Of a stretch of DNA of 64,000 nt, positions 18,711 to 28,821 are shown piece by piece (positions within the stretch are counted from its first letter, which is position 1; each line of letters starts with the position of its first letter). This stretch comes from an uncultured virus (IMG/VR IMGVR_UViG_3300031088_000740) (taxonomy: Duplodnaviria > Heunggongvirae > Uroviricota > Caudoviricetes), in the IMG/VR virus record IMGVR_UViG_3300031088_000740; one strand, 5' to 3'. The notes under the pieces were generated by a model, which saw nothing but the letters and a program-made list of their open reading frames with translations, ran no database searches and was not told the DNA's origin. Position numbers and translations under genes: made by a program.

Positions 18711-19451
18711 TTAGCTGACAGGTTCGGACAGTGAGACCTTATGCTTCCCTCCGGGAGCTTCGTATGAGGAATCAAGCATGAGTCGCCAAGAATGGACTGA
18801 ACGATCATATTCAGCATCACGCAGAATTCTGTCCATGCCGGGAAGGTGTGCAGCACCCCATACGAGGACGACATCGCGGTCAGTATCAAGGGCAGCAGAA
18901 ACAGCAAAGCGATTGCGCTGGTGCAGGATTCCCTCACTGGAAATGATACCCCTGGTGAAGGGAATTAGGTTGCCCAGAGGCGCGATGATGTGCATGTTCC
19001 GAAGACTCCATAGTGCCTTGCGAGGGCTAATGGTGATTTCTTCTGCTGACACCTGACCGAGAACTTTAAGTGTCTTCTGGCTCATCTTCTGTACAACATC
19101 GAGCTTGGTCACATCATGCTTCTCCCACCTGGGAGCGTTGGCAAATGCGTCAGTCTGATAAGTCAGTCCCGTAAGATTGGCAATCTTCTTTCCCAACATC
19201 ATGAGTGATGTGAGCGTGTTGAGGCTGGCACGCTCATAGTCTGTTCTACCTACTGCTTCCTGAACACCTTCAAGGTGAATTACGGCACCCTGGCTTTCCT
19301 TCTCTTTCAAGAAGTCGATGAGTTCCGACCAAGATGCGTCTGTCGCTGCATGCATGACACCAACTGTCGTGATGCGCTTGCCTGAGATACGGTGAGTATA
19401 CTCCTGCACACGAGCTTCTAGACCTCTGGCTGTCTTACGAATGGCTCTCAA
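18711..19451 (-). CDS. hypothetical protein (possible TraB/GumN-like)
   Basis: GVMH, LEG, RN and WGAAHLPG motifs. Confidence 0.5.
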   Translation of the reverse strand: MRAIRKTARGLEARVQEYTHRISGKRITTVGVMHAATDASWSELIDFLKEKESQGAVIHLEGVQEAVGRTDYERASLNTLTSLMMLGKKIANLTGLTYQTDAFANAPRWEKHDVTKLDVVQKMSQKTLKVLGQVSAEEITISPRKALWSLRNMHIIAPLGNLIPFTRGIISSEGILHQRNRFAVSAALDTDRDVVLVWGAAHLPGMDRILRDAEYDRSVHSWRLMLDSSYEAPGGKHKVSLSEPVS

Positions 19452-19490
19452 CGTCCCCTGCTTTCTGTGAAGGGTGCGATCCTATCCCAT

Positions 19491-19554
19491 AGGTGTCGGT
19501 TTTGTCTAATCGACCTACTTCATGATGAAGTCAGAGGATGAGGATAAGATGGAT
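19491..19554 (+). repeat. 64-bp direct repeat, copy 1 (upstream region of duplicated gene)
   Basis: near-identical to 20499-20562. Confidence 0.85.
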
Positions 19555-19574
19555 GTATACAAGGAGGACAATCT

Positions 19575-20396
19575 ATGTCTACAGTACGAACACCCATCTT
19601 CGATAAGAACGGCAAGCTCACCACTGTTCACAAAAGGCTAGATGGAGACAAGATACATAACCGCTCGCGAGGGCTTGATGTTCCTCCCAAAACGGCTTCT
19701 GCTGTAGTGCAAAAGCCGGGTCTAATTGACGGTAAGCCAAGTTCTACGGACACATGGAATCCCGAAGCATACCTCGATGATTCCTATTCTAAGACCTCTG
19801 ATCTAATCAGACCATCTGGTCAAGCTGACACCAAAAAGCAGCTAAGTGACCCAAGTGGTCGTAAGTCACAAGGCAAAGTTCGTTGGGTTGATCTCGATTA
19901 CAAAAATACAGACACCACCGCTCCCCGAATGGTCGGATTGAGCGAATACAGCAAGCCTATGTCTGAGAGGCGTGACACCTTCAACATTGTTCCTCCGACC
20001 AATGGAACACCCATGATTGTCCGTGTCAATTCCGGTATGGCACGCTTGAACATCGAAAGCGGAAACGCTGTCGTTGTGTTGAATTCTGGCTGGGGTAATT
20101 CATTGCGTGTTGCTGGTGATGCCAACGTAACCGTAATCGCTGGTGCTGATATGAAGGTCAGTATTGATGCTACTGAGGACGCAAAGGTTCGTATTGTTCC
20201 GGGTATTGGTACGCGGGGTCACATCTCACCGAAGGAGAATGCTCAGGTTGAGATTGTGGATTATGAGGCAACCGCCGACCAACACACTTTCACCGATTTT
20301 TCGGTGCCTAGACCAGTCAAACCCACGCGCGATGTTGCTGCCGAAGAAACTCGCGTGCAGGAATGGATCGAAAAACAGCAGACTAAGAACAGCTAG
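19575..20396 (+). CDS. DKNG-tag protein, paralog A
   Basis: MSTVRTPIFDKNGKLTTVHK; AAGGAGG RBS; highly similar to the next gene. Confidence 0.85.
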   Translation: MSTVRTPIFDKNGKLTTVHKRLDGDKIHNRSRGLDVPPKTASAVVQKPGLIDGKPSSTDTWNPEAYLDDSYSKTSDLIRPSGQADTKKQLSDPSGRKSQGKVRWVDLDYKNTDTTAPRMVGLSEYSKPMSERRDTFNIVPPTNGTPMIVRVNSGMARLNIESGNAVVVLNSGWGNSLRVAGDANVTVIAGADMKVSIDATEDAKVRIVPGIGTRGHISPKENAQVEIVDYEATADQHTFTDFSVPRPVKPTRDVAAEETRVQEWIEKQQTKNS

Positions 20397-20406
20397 TTCT
20401 TGCAAC

Positions 20407-20443
20407 AGAAACGCCTCGGAGATAACTAATCCGGGGCGTTTCT
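20407..20443 (+). terminator. intrinsic terminator
   Basis: AGAAACGCCTCGGA-loop-TCCGGGGCGTTTCT. Confidence 0.75.
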
Positions 20444-20498
20444 CGATACCCCATAGTGTCGTCGTGAGGGCGAGCGTTGATAGAGTAAATAATCCCGC

Positions 20499-20562
20499 AG
20501 GTGTTGGTTTTGTCTAATCGACTTACTTCTCGATGAAGTCAGAGGATGAAGATAAGATGGAT
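20499..20562 (+). repeat. 64-bp direct repeat, copy 2
   Basis: near-identical to 19491-19554. Confidence 0.85.
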
Positions 20563-20581
20563 ACATCCAAGGAGGACTTAG

Positions 20582-21400
20582 ATGTCTACAGTAAGAACGC
20601 CCATCGTTGACAAGAACGGCAAGCAGACCACCGTTCACAAGAAGGTGGACACGGGAGTAACCAAGAACCGTGTAGGAGCCGTTGGCGCGCCACCTAAGAC
20701 CAAGGTGGTTGAGAAGCCAGGTCTCACCAGTGGTCGCCCAGAAGCAGCCAATATCCTTCCTCATCACTTCATTGATCCTAGCTACGGAGATGTCACTAAC
20801 TACGACATCAGCGTACCGAAGAACCGCGCTGAGACCGTCAAGGCTCTAAGCGACCCCTCCGGACGCAAATCAAAAGGTAATGTTCGATGGCTTGAACTGG
20901 ACCACCAGAATACTGACACCAGTAGAGTGAGAGACAAGGGGATCAGCGAATACAGCAAGCCAATGTCCGAACGTAGCGACACATTCAACATCGTTCCTCC
21001 CAAAGATGGAACACCAATGGTAGTGAGGGTTCACTCGGGAATGGTTCGCCTCAACATCGAAAGCGGTAACGCGGTGGTTGTGCTGAGTTCAAGTTGGGGC
21101 AACTCGCTTCGTGTAGCAGGAGATGCCAATGTGACCGTTATCGGTGGCTATGAAAGTAAGGTCTCGATTGATGCTGATGAAGATGCGACCGTAACTGTGG
21201 TTCCACAGACAGGAACTCGCGGGCACATCGCGCCTAAGGGAAATGCGAACGTAGAAGTCACTGACTATATGACTGACCACAGCAGCCACAGTTTCAGAGA
21301 CTTCTCTAAGCCGTTTGACGGTCTTCCTCACAGAGATGTTGCTGCTGACGAAGCTCGCGTCCAGGCATGGATGGAAGAGCAAAAGGCTAAACGAAGCTGA
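20582..21400 (+). CDS. DKNG-tag protein, paralog B
   Basis: MSTVRTPIVDKNGKQTTVHK; AAGGAGG RBS. Confidence 0.85.
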   Translation: MSTVRTPIVDKNGKQTTVHKKVDTGVTKNRVGAVGAPPKTKVVEKPGLTSGRPEAANILPHHFIDPSYGDVTNYDISVPKNRAETVKALSDPSGRKSKGNVRWLELDHQNTDTSRVRDKGISEYSKPMSERSDTFNIVPPKDGTPMVVRVHSGMVRLNIESGNAVVVLSSSWGNSLRVAGDANVTVIGGYESKVSIDADEDATVTVVPQTGTRGHIAPKGNANVEVTDYMTDHSSHSFRDFSKPFDGLPHRDVAADEARVQAWMEEQKAKRS

Positions 21401-21406
21401 ACATGA

Positions 21407-21438
21407 AGAAGCCCTCCGAATCAAATCGGAGGGCTTCT
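21407..21438. terminator. bidirectional terminator
   Basis: AGAAGCCCTCCGA-loop-TCGGAGGGCTTCT between convergent genes. Confidence 0.8.
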
Positions 21439-21444
21439 CTCTGT

Positions 21445-22779
21445 TTAGGACTCAAACTCAACCAAGTACTTGATGTTGACCTGCTCGGTGTTCCACACGA
21501 TAGCCTCGTGGTTTCTCACGCCACCGTAACCCGGACGAACGTTGATGGAGTTGAACGGCTTGCCAAACTTGTTCTTCTCGGTACGGGCGTAGCGAGGGTA
21601 GTTCTTGTCGTAGTTGCGACCCGTGCGGTACTCAGAACCCATCGCGACATCAGCAAGGAACATGAAGCAGCTATTGTCACGCGAGCCAGACCAGTAGCCG
21701 TGCGAGTAACCAAGGCTCTTAGTGCTGTCGTTGGAGAGATAGATACCATCTCCGAACATGCGACCTGCAATGACGTACTGACCACCAGTGGTCGGCGGGA
21801 CGAATAGCCCCCGACGAAGAATGGAAAGGATGTTGAAGCTACGTGAGCCGTGCCAAAGCTGCTGGACGTTACCAATCTCCTTGGCAATCTCGTCAAATCG
21901 CTTCTGACCTTCCTCGTCGGACACAGTGAAGATACGCTTGACCTTCAGGTAGCCCCAAGAGTGGTGGGCGTTCTTGGCATCCTGGTACTTCTTGACGATG
22001 CCCTTGTACTCATCAGATTCAGGGTCAAGAACAGCGACCTTGTACTTGAAGAGACGCTCGTACTTGGTGGCGATATCGTCGTCAGCAGTCGTTGCCTTCT
22101 TCTCCGCATCCTTGTTCGCCTCCGCAAACTTGATGGAGTCGGCAAGCTGGTCCAGAAGCTCGCGCTGCTTCTGGTACGAGTCAGCACCATCGAAGAAGGT
22201 CTCGTACCAGCCACGCTTAGCGGGAACCTTCTGAGGTACCAACTTGAGGTAGTTCTGCAACGCAGGAAGGAAGTCCGCGTCCGAGACCTTCAAGCCTTCC
22301 AGCTTGTCGATGAGGCGGCGAGCATCGTTGATGGACGACAGGCTGATGAGTCCGAGAGGGGTGCTCATCCGACCGGAATCAGCATCCACCTTGATGAGTC
22401 CGCCAGAAGCCTCGATGATCTCGTGGCGGTTGATGCGAACCAAGCGTTCAATGAGAGACTCAAGCTCAGGGTTGCCGTGCTCACCCACAAGAACAGTCTT
22501 TGCAACCTCCGTGAGGTGCGACTGATCGCCAGTCTCCTTTGCCTTGGTGGTAGTCACCACTTCGGTGCGCTCGTAACCCTTGCGCATCTTGCCGCGAATG
22601 ATTCGCTCGAAGGCAACAGGACCGCCAGACTGGTTGCTGTATGCACCAGAACCACCCACGCGACCGTAGTGGATCTTGATGGCACCAGTGCTAAACAGGG
22701 TGGCATGATAGAACTTGTTGTGGTTGTCGATTCCATCAACAAGGATGAGCATTTCTTCGCGCTCGATTACATCAGCCAT
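21445..22779 (-). CDS. WGR-domain PARP-family ADP-ribosyltransferase
   Basis: NKFY...HYGRVG...KMRKGY (WGR); LWHGS, GRMFGDGIYLS, KSLGY, NHEAIVW (H-Y-E triad). Confidence 0.9.
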   Translation of the reverse strand: MADVIEREEMLILVDGIDNHNKFYHATLFSTGAIKIHYGRVGGSGAYSNQSGGPVAFERIIRGKMRKGYERTEVVTTTKAKETGDQSHLTEVAKTVLVGEHGNPELESLIERLVRINRHEIIEASGGLIKVDADSGRMSTPLGLISLSSINDARRLIDKLEGLKVSDADFLPALQNYLKLVPQKVPAKRGWYETFFDGADSYQKQRELLDQLADSIKFAEANKDAEKKATTADDDIATKYERLFKYKVAVLDPESDEYKGIVKKYQDAKNAHHSWGYLKVKRIFTVSDEEGQKRFDEIAKEIGNVQQLWHGSRSFNILSILRRGLFVPPTTGGQYVIAGRMFGDGIYLSNDSTKSLGYSHGYWSGSRDNSCFMFLADVAMGSEYRTGRNYDKNYPRYARTEKNKFGKPFNSINVRPGYGGVRNHEAIVWNTEQVNIKYLVEFES

Positions 22780-22833
22780 TAGTTAAATCTCTCTGTATGC
22801 GGGTGGGCTTTCGCCTCTTGATTCGTTACTCAG

Positions 22834-22862
22834 ATTATAGCAAACATTCAGAGCCAAGTCAA
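22834..22862 (-). promoter_or_regulatory. strong SigA promoter TTGACT-N17-TATAAT
   Basis: near-perfect consensus with TGn upstream of the PARP gene. Confidence 0.8.
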
Positions 22863-22884
22863 CTCAAACCGACCGGCATAGAGA

Positions 22885-23877
22885 TTAAGTTCTCGACAAA
22901 TAGACCGCTCTGAACTCGCGTACGCGATGGGTGAATTCCAGTACGTCTTCTGGCGCAAATTGCACATCGTGGTAGCTGGTGTCTCCTGCTGTTACGTCAA
23001 GACCGGCAGTTAGATCCGGCTCGCTATGAGCACCTCTAGAGTAGCTTCCTACGTAGCGGGCGAGGTATTGGGTCTGCTGATTGAGGAAGAGATGCGAGAA
23101 CTCACCAATACGGATACGACCTTTTTCATCGCGAGGCATTCGTTCAATACGAGCGGTCTCTTCATCAAAGTCTGCTGCGTTCTGAGCCTCCACCTTGTGT
23201 AGACGCTCGGCTGCCTGCTCCATGCCGTAGACACCATTAGCCTCTTGAGGGTGGCTCGTTGCCATCTCACGTAGGGTCTCTACCGGGGTGGGTGTCTCAG
23301 CCCAGATACCAGCCACCTCAGAGTCGTCATCGTGTAGCTTTCCGATGACTGTACGATATTCCCTCGTCATCCTGTCGTACCTATCCCAGGTAATCTCTGG
23401 GAAGTCATCATTAGGAACGAGATGGCGGGTAGCTAGAGCAAGCGCACAATCTTCGAAGTGTGCATCAACAACAGCGCGGGTACTATTAGAGTCAAGTAGC
23501 GCACGAGAAATAGGGTTACGGCGAGTATCGTGGACGTACTGAGCCATCATCTCACCAGCATCACCGTCTAGCTCGACAGCAGCAGAATAGTGCTCTCTAT
23601 CTGCGCTCTTGGTACCATCAGCCGAATGTTGTTCGAACAGTGTTGATAGAACCTTGCGCTCGGAGCCGGTTACTTCCTTCACCCTTTCGCCAAGCATTGA
23701 GACGGCGAGGAACTGTGTGTCACGAACGTAATCTTGGGGATTGATGTCGCCAGAAGCACGAAGAACAACCTCCTTGATGCGCCCCTTCTTGCCATTGGAA
23801 TCAGCAGCGCGATAGACGGTTGTGCCCTTACCATTCTTATCGATGATTGGTGTCTTGATTAGCCTAGACCGGTCCAT
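22885..23877 (-). CDS. DKNG-tag protein, unknown payload
   Basis: KTPIIDKNGKGTTVYR; AAGGGAG RBS. Confidence 0.75.
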   Translation of the reverse strand: MDRSRLIKTPIIDKNGKGTTVYRAADSNGKKGRIKEVVLRASGDINPQDYVRDTQFLAVSMLGERVKEVTGSERKVLSTLFEQHSADGTKSADREHYSAAVELDGDAGEMMAQYVHDTRRNPISRALLDSNSTRAVVDAHFEDCALALATRHLVPNDDFPEITWDRYDRMTREYRTVIGKLHDDDSEVAGIWAETPTPVETLREMATSHPQEANGVYGMEQAAERLHKVEAQNAADFDEETARIERMPRDEKGRIRIGEFSHLFLNQQTQYLARYVGSYSRGAHSEPDLTAGLDVTAGDTSYHDVQFAPEDVLEFTHRVREFRAVYLSRT

Positions 23878-23988
23878 GCGCTACTCCCTTATCGGTTTCA
23901 CCTAGTTTACCCTTTGGCGCAGACACTTGCGTTAGAGTACTGACTGATGTAACATCTCCGGATTACCAGACCGAAAGGGTCAAATAAC

Positions 23989-25044
23989 ATGCCTTCAGTT
24001 GTTGAAGCTCACCTAGCAGTAGAAAAGGCTGCCGCGAAATTCCTTCCGCATCCATTCTTCTATCACGTGAGTAACGGTAAGGTCATCGGAATCACCGCAG
24101 GGGTAACTCCTGACCAGTATCCGAAGCTGTCAATTGATGACTATGCAGACATCGCCACCAAGCTGAAAGCTCCATTCCACATCATCGAACGTAAGGCAGA
24201 GGATGTACTTCTGAGCGATAACGTCTTCGGTGAGACGTTTGATATCGGTAAAAACGAATCAGAAATCTTCGAAGACATTCGATTCTCTGACTTCGTTACC
24301 ACCGCTGTCGAGAATCGTGCCAATGGTGATGTTCAGACATTCAGCTTTGGAAAAGTAGATCCAGTCATTGCGGACTATCTCGATGCAGAGAAGCTCTCTT
24401 CAAAGCGCCATGACTTCGAAGGCTATGCAGTCCTCGATTATGAGACAACAGGATTCACCCCCGCGACAGGTGACCGTGGTATCGAAATCGCTATCGTCCA
24501 CATCAGCCCTACGGGTGAATACCAGGACCACTGGGACACCCTAGTAAATGCCGACGGTAAGGATGCAGGCGCTACGCACATCCACAAGATCACAAACGAG
24601 ATGCTCGCAAAGGCACCATCGATTGACGACGTAGCCTTCGCATTCGGGGCACTGTTGCAGAACCGCAAGGTTCTTTCTCACAATAAGAAGTTCGACCACC
24701 CGTTCCTCGCGAACGAGTTCAAGCTAGGCGGCTTGGACAGCCCTATTGAATACGACGACATGCTGTGCTCGCTCATTTGGTCGCGAGCAGCCGACAGGCA
24801 CGAGAGAAGCCACAAGCTCATCGATGCTGCTGGTCGCTACGGCATTCAACTAGATGGCGCTCACGAGGCTATTTACGACACAATGGCAACAGCTAACCTC
24901 GTCGCAAAGTTCCTTCGCAAGTACGGCGATGAGTACCCTCTTACGGGAAGCCCCGTTCAGCCCTCTTTCCTCTACGAAAGCGGACTAGACCAGCTTGATA
25001 ACTTCGTGAGTCGTGCCAAGGAAAGCATGATCAAGAGGTTCTAA
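23989..25044 (+). CDS. DnaQ-like DEDDh 3'-5' exonuclease with N-terminal extension
   Basis: VLDYETTG, SHNKKFD, AHEAIYD. Confidence 0.85.
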   Translation: MPSVVEAHLAVEKAAAKFLPHPFFYHVSNGKVIGITAGVTPDQYPKLSIDDYADIATKLKAPFHIIERKAEDVLLSDNVFGETFDIGKNESEIFEDIRFSDFVTTAVENRANGDVQTFSFGKVDPVIADYLDAEKLSSKRHDFEGYAVLDYETTGFTPATGDRGIEIAIVHISPTGEYQDHWDTLVNADGKDAGATHIHKITNEMLAKAPSIDDVAFAFGALLQNRKVLSHNKKFDHPFLANEFKLGGLDSPIEYDDMLCSLIWSRAADRHERSHKLIDAAGRYGIQLDGAHEAIYDTMATANLVAKFLRKYGDEYPLTGSPVQPSFLYESGLDQLDNFVSRAKESMIKRF

Positions 25045-25055
25045 GTACCACTGCA

Positions 25056-25715
25056 TCATTCAACGAAACGCCGTTCTTCGTGAGCGGCGTTTCGTGCATC
25101 CAGGCGGGCAAGGTCATCCTGAATTCTTGCAACCCACTCTTCGGGCGTAAGTACAAGAGGAAACTCTGCATTCTCATCCACTTGCGAATAAGTGAAGTCA
25201 ACAATAAGTGCTGGCTCGCCATCCGATGCAAACAAGTTGGCATAATGGACATTCAATTCTGGATGAGGCTCGGGCATGCCCTGTACTGAGAGAACATCGG
25301 TACCTTCTCGGGACTTCATGTACTGAGTAACAGCTTCAGACACCCCTACACACATTCCCCGCGAGTTATCAGCCACTGACAACTCATTCATGGACTGAAT
25401 TAGACCATCTTCATCACCGTCGCCAGTTGATGAATACACCTCAGGTAGCCAGTCTGGATCGTCATCCATCATCAATGCCACATCAGCAGCGTACTGACGC
25501 ATTTCCAACTTGGCAGAATCAATCTCTTGCTGGGAAAAGGACGCATTATCTCCACGCCAAACGTTTGCAATGTAATCGGAGTAGTCAATGCCATCATGGT
25601 ATCCACTGGGCGCTAACGGGAGAGACCTAGTGGCGGGCACCTTCGATACCGATCTGTGAACAAACGTGCTTTTCCCATTCTTATCAATGATGGGTGTTTT
25701 CACTAGATCCGACAT
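25056..25715 (-). CDS. DKNG-tag protein with a papain/transglutaminase-like Cys-His-Asp domain
   Basis: KTPIIDKNGKSTFVHR; GMCVGVS...HYAN...IVDFTYSQ. Confidence 0.65.
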   Translation of the reverse strand: MSDLVKTPIIDKNGKSTFVHRSVSKVPATRSLPLAPSGYHDGIDYSDYIANVWRGDNASFSQQEIDSAKLEMRQYAADVALMMDDDPDWLPEVYSSTGDGDEDGLIQSMNELSVADNSRGMCVGVSEAVTQYMKSREGTDVLSVQGMPEPHPELNVHYANLFASDGEPALIVDFTYSQVDENAEFPLVLTPEEWVARIQDDLARLDARNAAHEERRFVE

Positions 25716-25798
25716 AAGTCAATAGTACATCGTTCGCACGACACCCTAATGCAAGAGACCCTTACCGTTGCCAGTAAGGGTCTATACATAGACGAAAC

Positions 25799-26875
25799 TT
25801 AAGCTCGCTTCTCCACAGCGAAGTTGGCTGAAAGAACAGCCTCCGCACGCTCCAGTAGAGCAGCCTGAGCGCGCTCTGTCTCTTCATGGATCTTGTACTC
25901 GTAAGCGGCAATTGCAGACTTCACAGCATCACCCGCAGCAGTGATAGCCTGAACGTACTTAGCGTCAGCAACATCACCGACCGCAAAGATGTTGGGCAGG
26001 ACACCTGCGCCGGTAGTCACACGGTGCTCATCATCAGTGAGGACGTAACCGTGGTCATCAAGACGCACCTTGGAGTCCTTCAGGAATGCGGTGTTTGGGT
26101 CTCGACCAACAGCAACGAATAGTCCATCTACCTGACCCTTGACTTCACCGGACGGATTGGTCAACGTGATATCTCCCAACTTCTTGCCATCCTCAGAAGC
26201 ATTGACGGAGGCAACAGATGTGTTCCAGTGAACCTTTACGTTACTCTGCTCCATGAGAAGCCTTGACTCGGGAGAGTTGGTACGGAGTCTGTCGCCACGA
26301 ACATAGAGGTGAACCATCTCAGCCTTCTGTGCAAGATAGAAAGCATCCTCAACAGCAGTATCGCCACCGCCGACAACGCCGACAGTCTTGCCTTCATAAG
26401 CCCAGCCATCACACGTTGCGCAAGTCGATACGCCACGACCATAGAACTCGTCTTCACCAGGAACGTTCAACTTGCGAGATACAGCGCCGGTTGCAACAAT
26501 GATGGTCTTAGCGTAGACCGTGACCGGCTCATCACCGAACTCAGAAACCTGAGCCGATACGTAACCCTCGGAATCCAAATCGACATCAACGCTCAGTACC
26601 AAAGCCTCTACGCGCTCAACGCCAAACTTGTCGTTCTGACCACGAAGGTTCTCAATGAACTCTTCACCCGTACCCGTGAAACCAGGGAAGTTCTCGATAG
26701 CCTCAGTCAGCATCAAAGCGCCGCCAGGAACCTCGGTGTTGGACACCAGTTCACCCTCCACGACCAAAGTAGACATGCCACTTCGGATGGTGTAAATAGC
26801 AGCGGAAAGACCAGCAACACCGCCGCCAATAATGAGCGTGTCGTAGTGCGTCTGGGCAATGATGGGTTGAGACAT
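25799..26875 (-). CDS. trxB: thioredoxin reductase
   Basis: GGGVAG FAD site, CATCDG, GGGDTA NADPH site, FAVGD...QAITAAG; AAGAAGGA RBS before 26875. Confidence 0.92.
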   Translation of the reverse strand: MSQPIIAQTHYDTLIIGGGVAGLSAAIYTIRSGMSTLVVEGELVSNTEVPGGALMLTEAIENFPGFTGTGEEFIENLRGQNDKFGVERVEALVLSVDVDLDSEGYVSAQVSEFGDEPVTVYAKTIIVATGAVSRKLNVPGEDEFYGRGVSTCATCDGWAYEGKTVGVVGGGDTAVEDAFYLAQKAEMVHLYVRGDRLRTNSPESRLLMEQSNVKVHWNTSVASVNASEDGKKLGDITLTNPSGEVKGQVDGLFVAVGRDPNTAFLKDSKVRLDDHGYVLTDDEHRVTTGAGVLPNIFAVGDVADAKYVQAITAAGDAVKSAIAAYEYKIHEETERAQAALLERAEAVLSANFAVEKRA

Positions 26876-27019
26876 AGTTCCTTCTTGAAGCGAGATTTGA
26901 GGGGTAATCATAGCACCGTAGCTACACAATGCAAGTGATGTTTGCGAACGGGAAAGGTTACCGCTGATACAACAAAGGAGCCGCCAGGAAATTCCCCAGC
27001 GGCTCCTTGTCACAATGAC

Positions 27020-28072
27020 TTATGTCCAGGTCGAATCGACATTGGCTGCATAGGCTGGCTTGTGCACACCAGCTACTTCGTCCCAGCCATATCCAACAGC
27101 CTTGCTGTCAAGAACCGCAGGGTTGTCCTTGTTGATAGTGGTGTTGATGCCACCACCAGAGAACTCAACCTCATGACCAGAACCGTTATACTTGTCGATC
27201 AGAAGCACGTGTGCCGAATCACCGAATTCTAGGCGGCGCTCATCCTTCTGCTCACCGTCAACCCACTCACCAACGTTGGCATCAGAGATGTCGCCGTACC
27301 AAATGATTTCGGCGGAAACACCCTCGTGCCAATCGTAAGGTCCGTTGTCAACAAGCTCAGCAAGATTGTCGAGTGCTTCCTTCGAGGTAACGTCAAACCC
27401 TCTATCACCGAGGATGTCCTGAAGAACCTTGATTCTCGCTTCTGATGCGCGGTCATTTCTACCCCACTGAACCGTACTTACGAAGTCTTCGCCGCCAAAG
27501 GTGTTTTCGTCACCGGTCTCAAAATCGGAAGTATCGTGGTTCGCAGCGTAGTCAACAGCCTCGCCGCTCATGTTGTCACCAAGCACCGCTCGCATAAGCT
27601 GACTGGGTGTGTTTCTAACCAGATCGTTCACGGGGTTTGATTCGTCCTTATCCATGATGGCGAATCGCAACTCGTCCTGATCTTCAGGCTCTAGGTCATC
27701 CCATTCGATATCGACAGCAGCAAGCTTCTCTTTCGCAATATCGACAGCAGCTTCATACACTGAATCAGAGAACACGTTATCGATCTCTTCAATAACGTCG
27801 TCAATAGTACCGCTGAGGTAAGACTCAATCTGACCATCCATGAGCTTGTCGTCGTAATTGACGTAAGCAAGGGAGAACTTCTCGTCACCCTTGTTGATCG
27901 CACTGAGAACCTGCTCGTAAGGTCCACCACTAGACTCGACACTGGAAGTCGATGGGGTAACCCCGGCAACTCGGTTAACAGCGTCCGAAGCACCCTTATC
28001 CAAGTTCTTGTGGACAGTGGTTGTCTTACCGTTCTTGTCAACGATCTGGGTTGGTGTCAAATTGCTCATCAT
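27020..28072 (-). CDS. DKNG-tag acidic protein
   Basis: PTQIVDKNGKTTTVHK; GAAAGGA RBS. Confidence 0.8.
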   Translation of the reverse strand: MMSNLTPTQIVDKNGKTTTVHKNLDKGASDAVNRVAGVTPSTSSVESSGGPYEQVLSAINKGDEKFSLAYVNYDDKLMDGQIESYLSGTIDDVIEEIDNVFSDSVYEAAVDIAKEKLAAVDIEWDDLEPEDQDELRFAIMDKDESNPVNDLVRNTPSQLMRAVLGDNMSGEAVDYAANHDTSDFETGDENTFGGEDFVSTVQWGRNDRASEARIKVLQDILGDRGFDVTSKEALDNLAELVDNGPYDWHEGVSAEIIWYGDISDANVGEWVDGEQKDERRLEFGDSAHVLLIDKYNGSGHEVEFSGGGINTTINKDNPAVLDSKAVGYGWDEVAGVHKPAYAANVDSTWT

Positions 28073-28201
28073 CGTCCTTTCGATAGTTCAACTATATCCG
28101 ACACTGACGACATCCAAGCTCAGCATTACTCAATGAGTGGTGTCATCAAGCACTACTTCTGTCGTATGAAGTTGCTAGAATGGCACTAACGAAAGGCTGT
28201 T

Positions 28202-28819
28202 ATGGCAAACCAAGCAACAACACCAGAACCAATCATCGACAAAAACGGTAAAGCAACAACCGTATGGAAGAAGATCGAACCCGCACTATCCGGTGGACAG
28301 CGACTATCCGAAGCAGCCAAGAACTTCGCCAAGCCAAAAGGTCACCCACCAGTAGACGACTGGGCAAAGAACTACCTATTCTCAACAGTGCAGAACCTGC
28401 GCCCACAGAACAGAAACAGGTTCCTCGATGACAAAAGCGGATTCGATGCAATGTTCAGCATGGAGTACATGGGAGGCTCACCCGACTTCGAATTCGGAGC
28501 GCCGCGCGAGTCACTCACCAGAATGCGGAAAGACGACATGGGTCTCGAAAGACTCAGCAGAGAGTTCACTTTCAATGGCGCAACACGAGAGGTTCACTTT
28601 GTAGGAACCAACCTCGAAAACAAGGTAGCTGAATTCCAAGAGTGGCTAGACAACGGAGCAACCTCTCAGGAAGAAACCAACTTCGGTGCTAACTTCGAGC
28701 AGAGCAACACAGAGGTGCAAGGCAAGACGAAAGCCTGGTGGTCCCTCTCAGGAGACATCGCATGGACTTTCGATGAAGAGCTTGCAGATGACCTTGTAGA
28801 GGCAATCGTCCCCTACTGA
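28202..28819 (+). CDS. DKNG-tag protein
   Basis: PEPIIDKNGKATTVWKK; GAAAGG RBS. Confidence 0.8.
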   Translation: MANQATTPEPIIDKNGKATTVWKKIEPALSGGQRLSEAAKNFAKPKGHPPVDDWAKNYLFSTVQNLRPQNRNRFLDDKSGFDAMFSMEYMGGSPDFEFGAPRESLTRMRKDDMGLERLSREFTFNGATREVHFVGTNLENKVAEFQEWLDNGATSQEETNFGANFEQSNTEVQGKTKAWWSLSGDIAWTFDEELADDLVEAIVPY

Positions 28820-28821
28820 GA

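Noticed and set aside
21850..22782. 310-aa plus-strand ORF (and similar ones such as 26309-26938 and 48726-49376)
   Set aside because: These are antisense shadows of well-supported genes with biased codon use.
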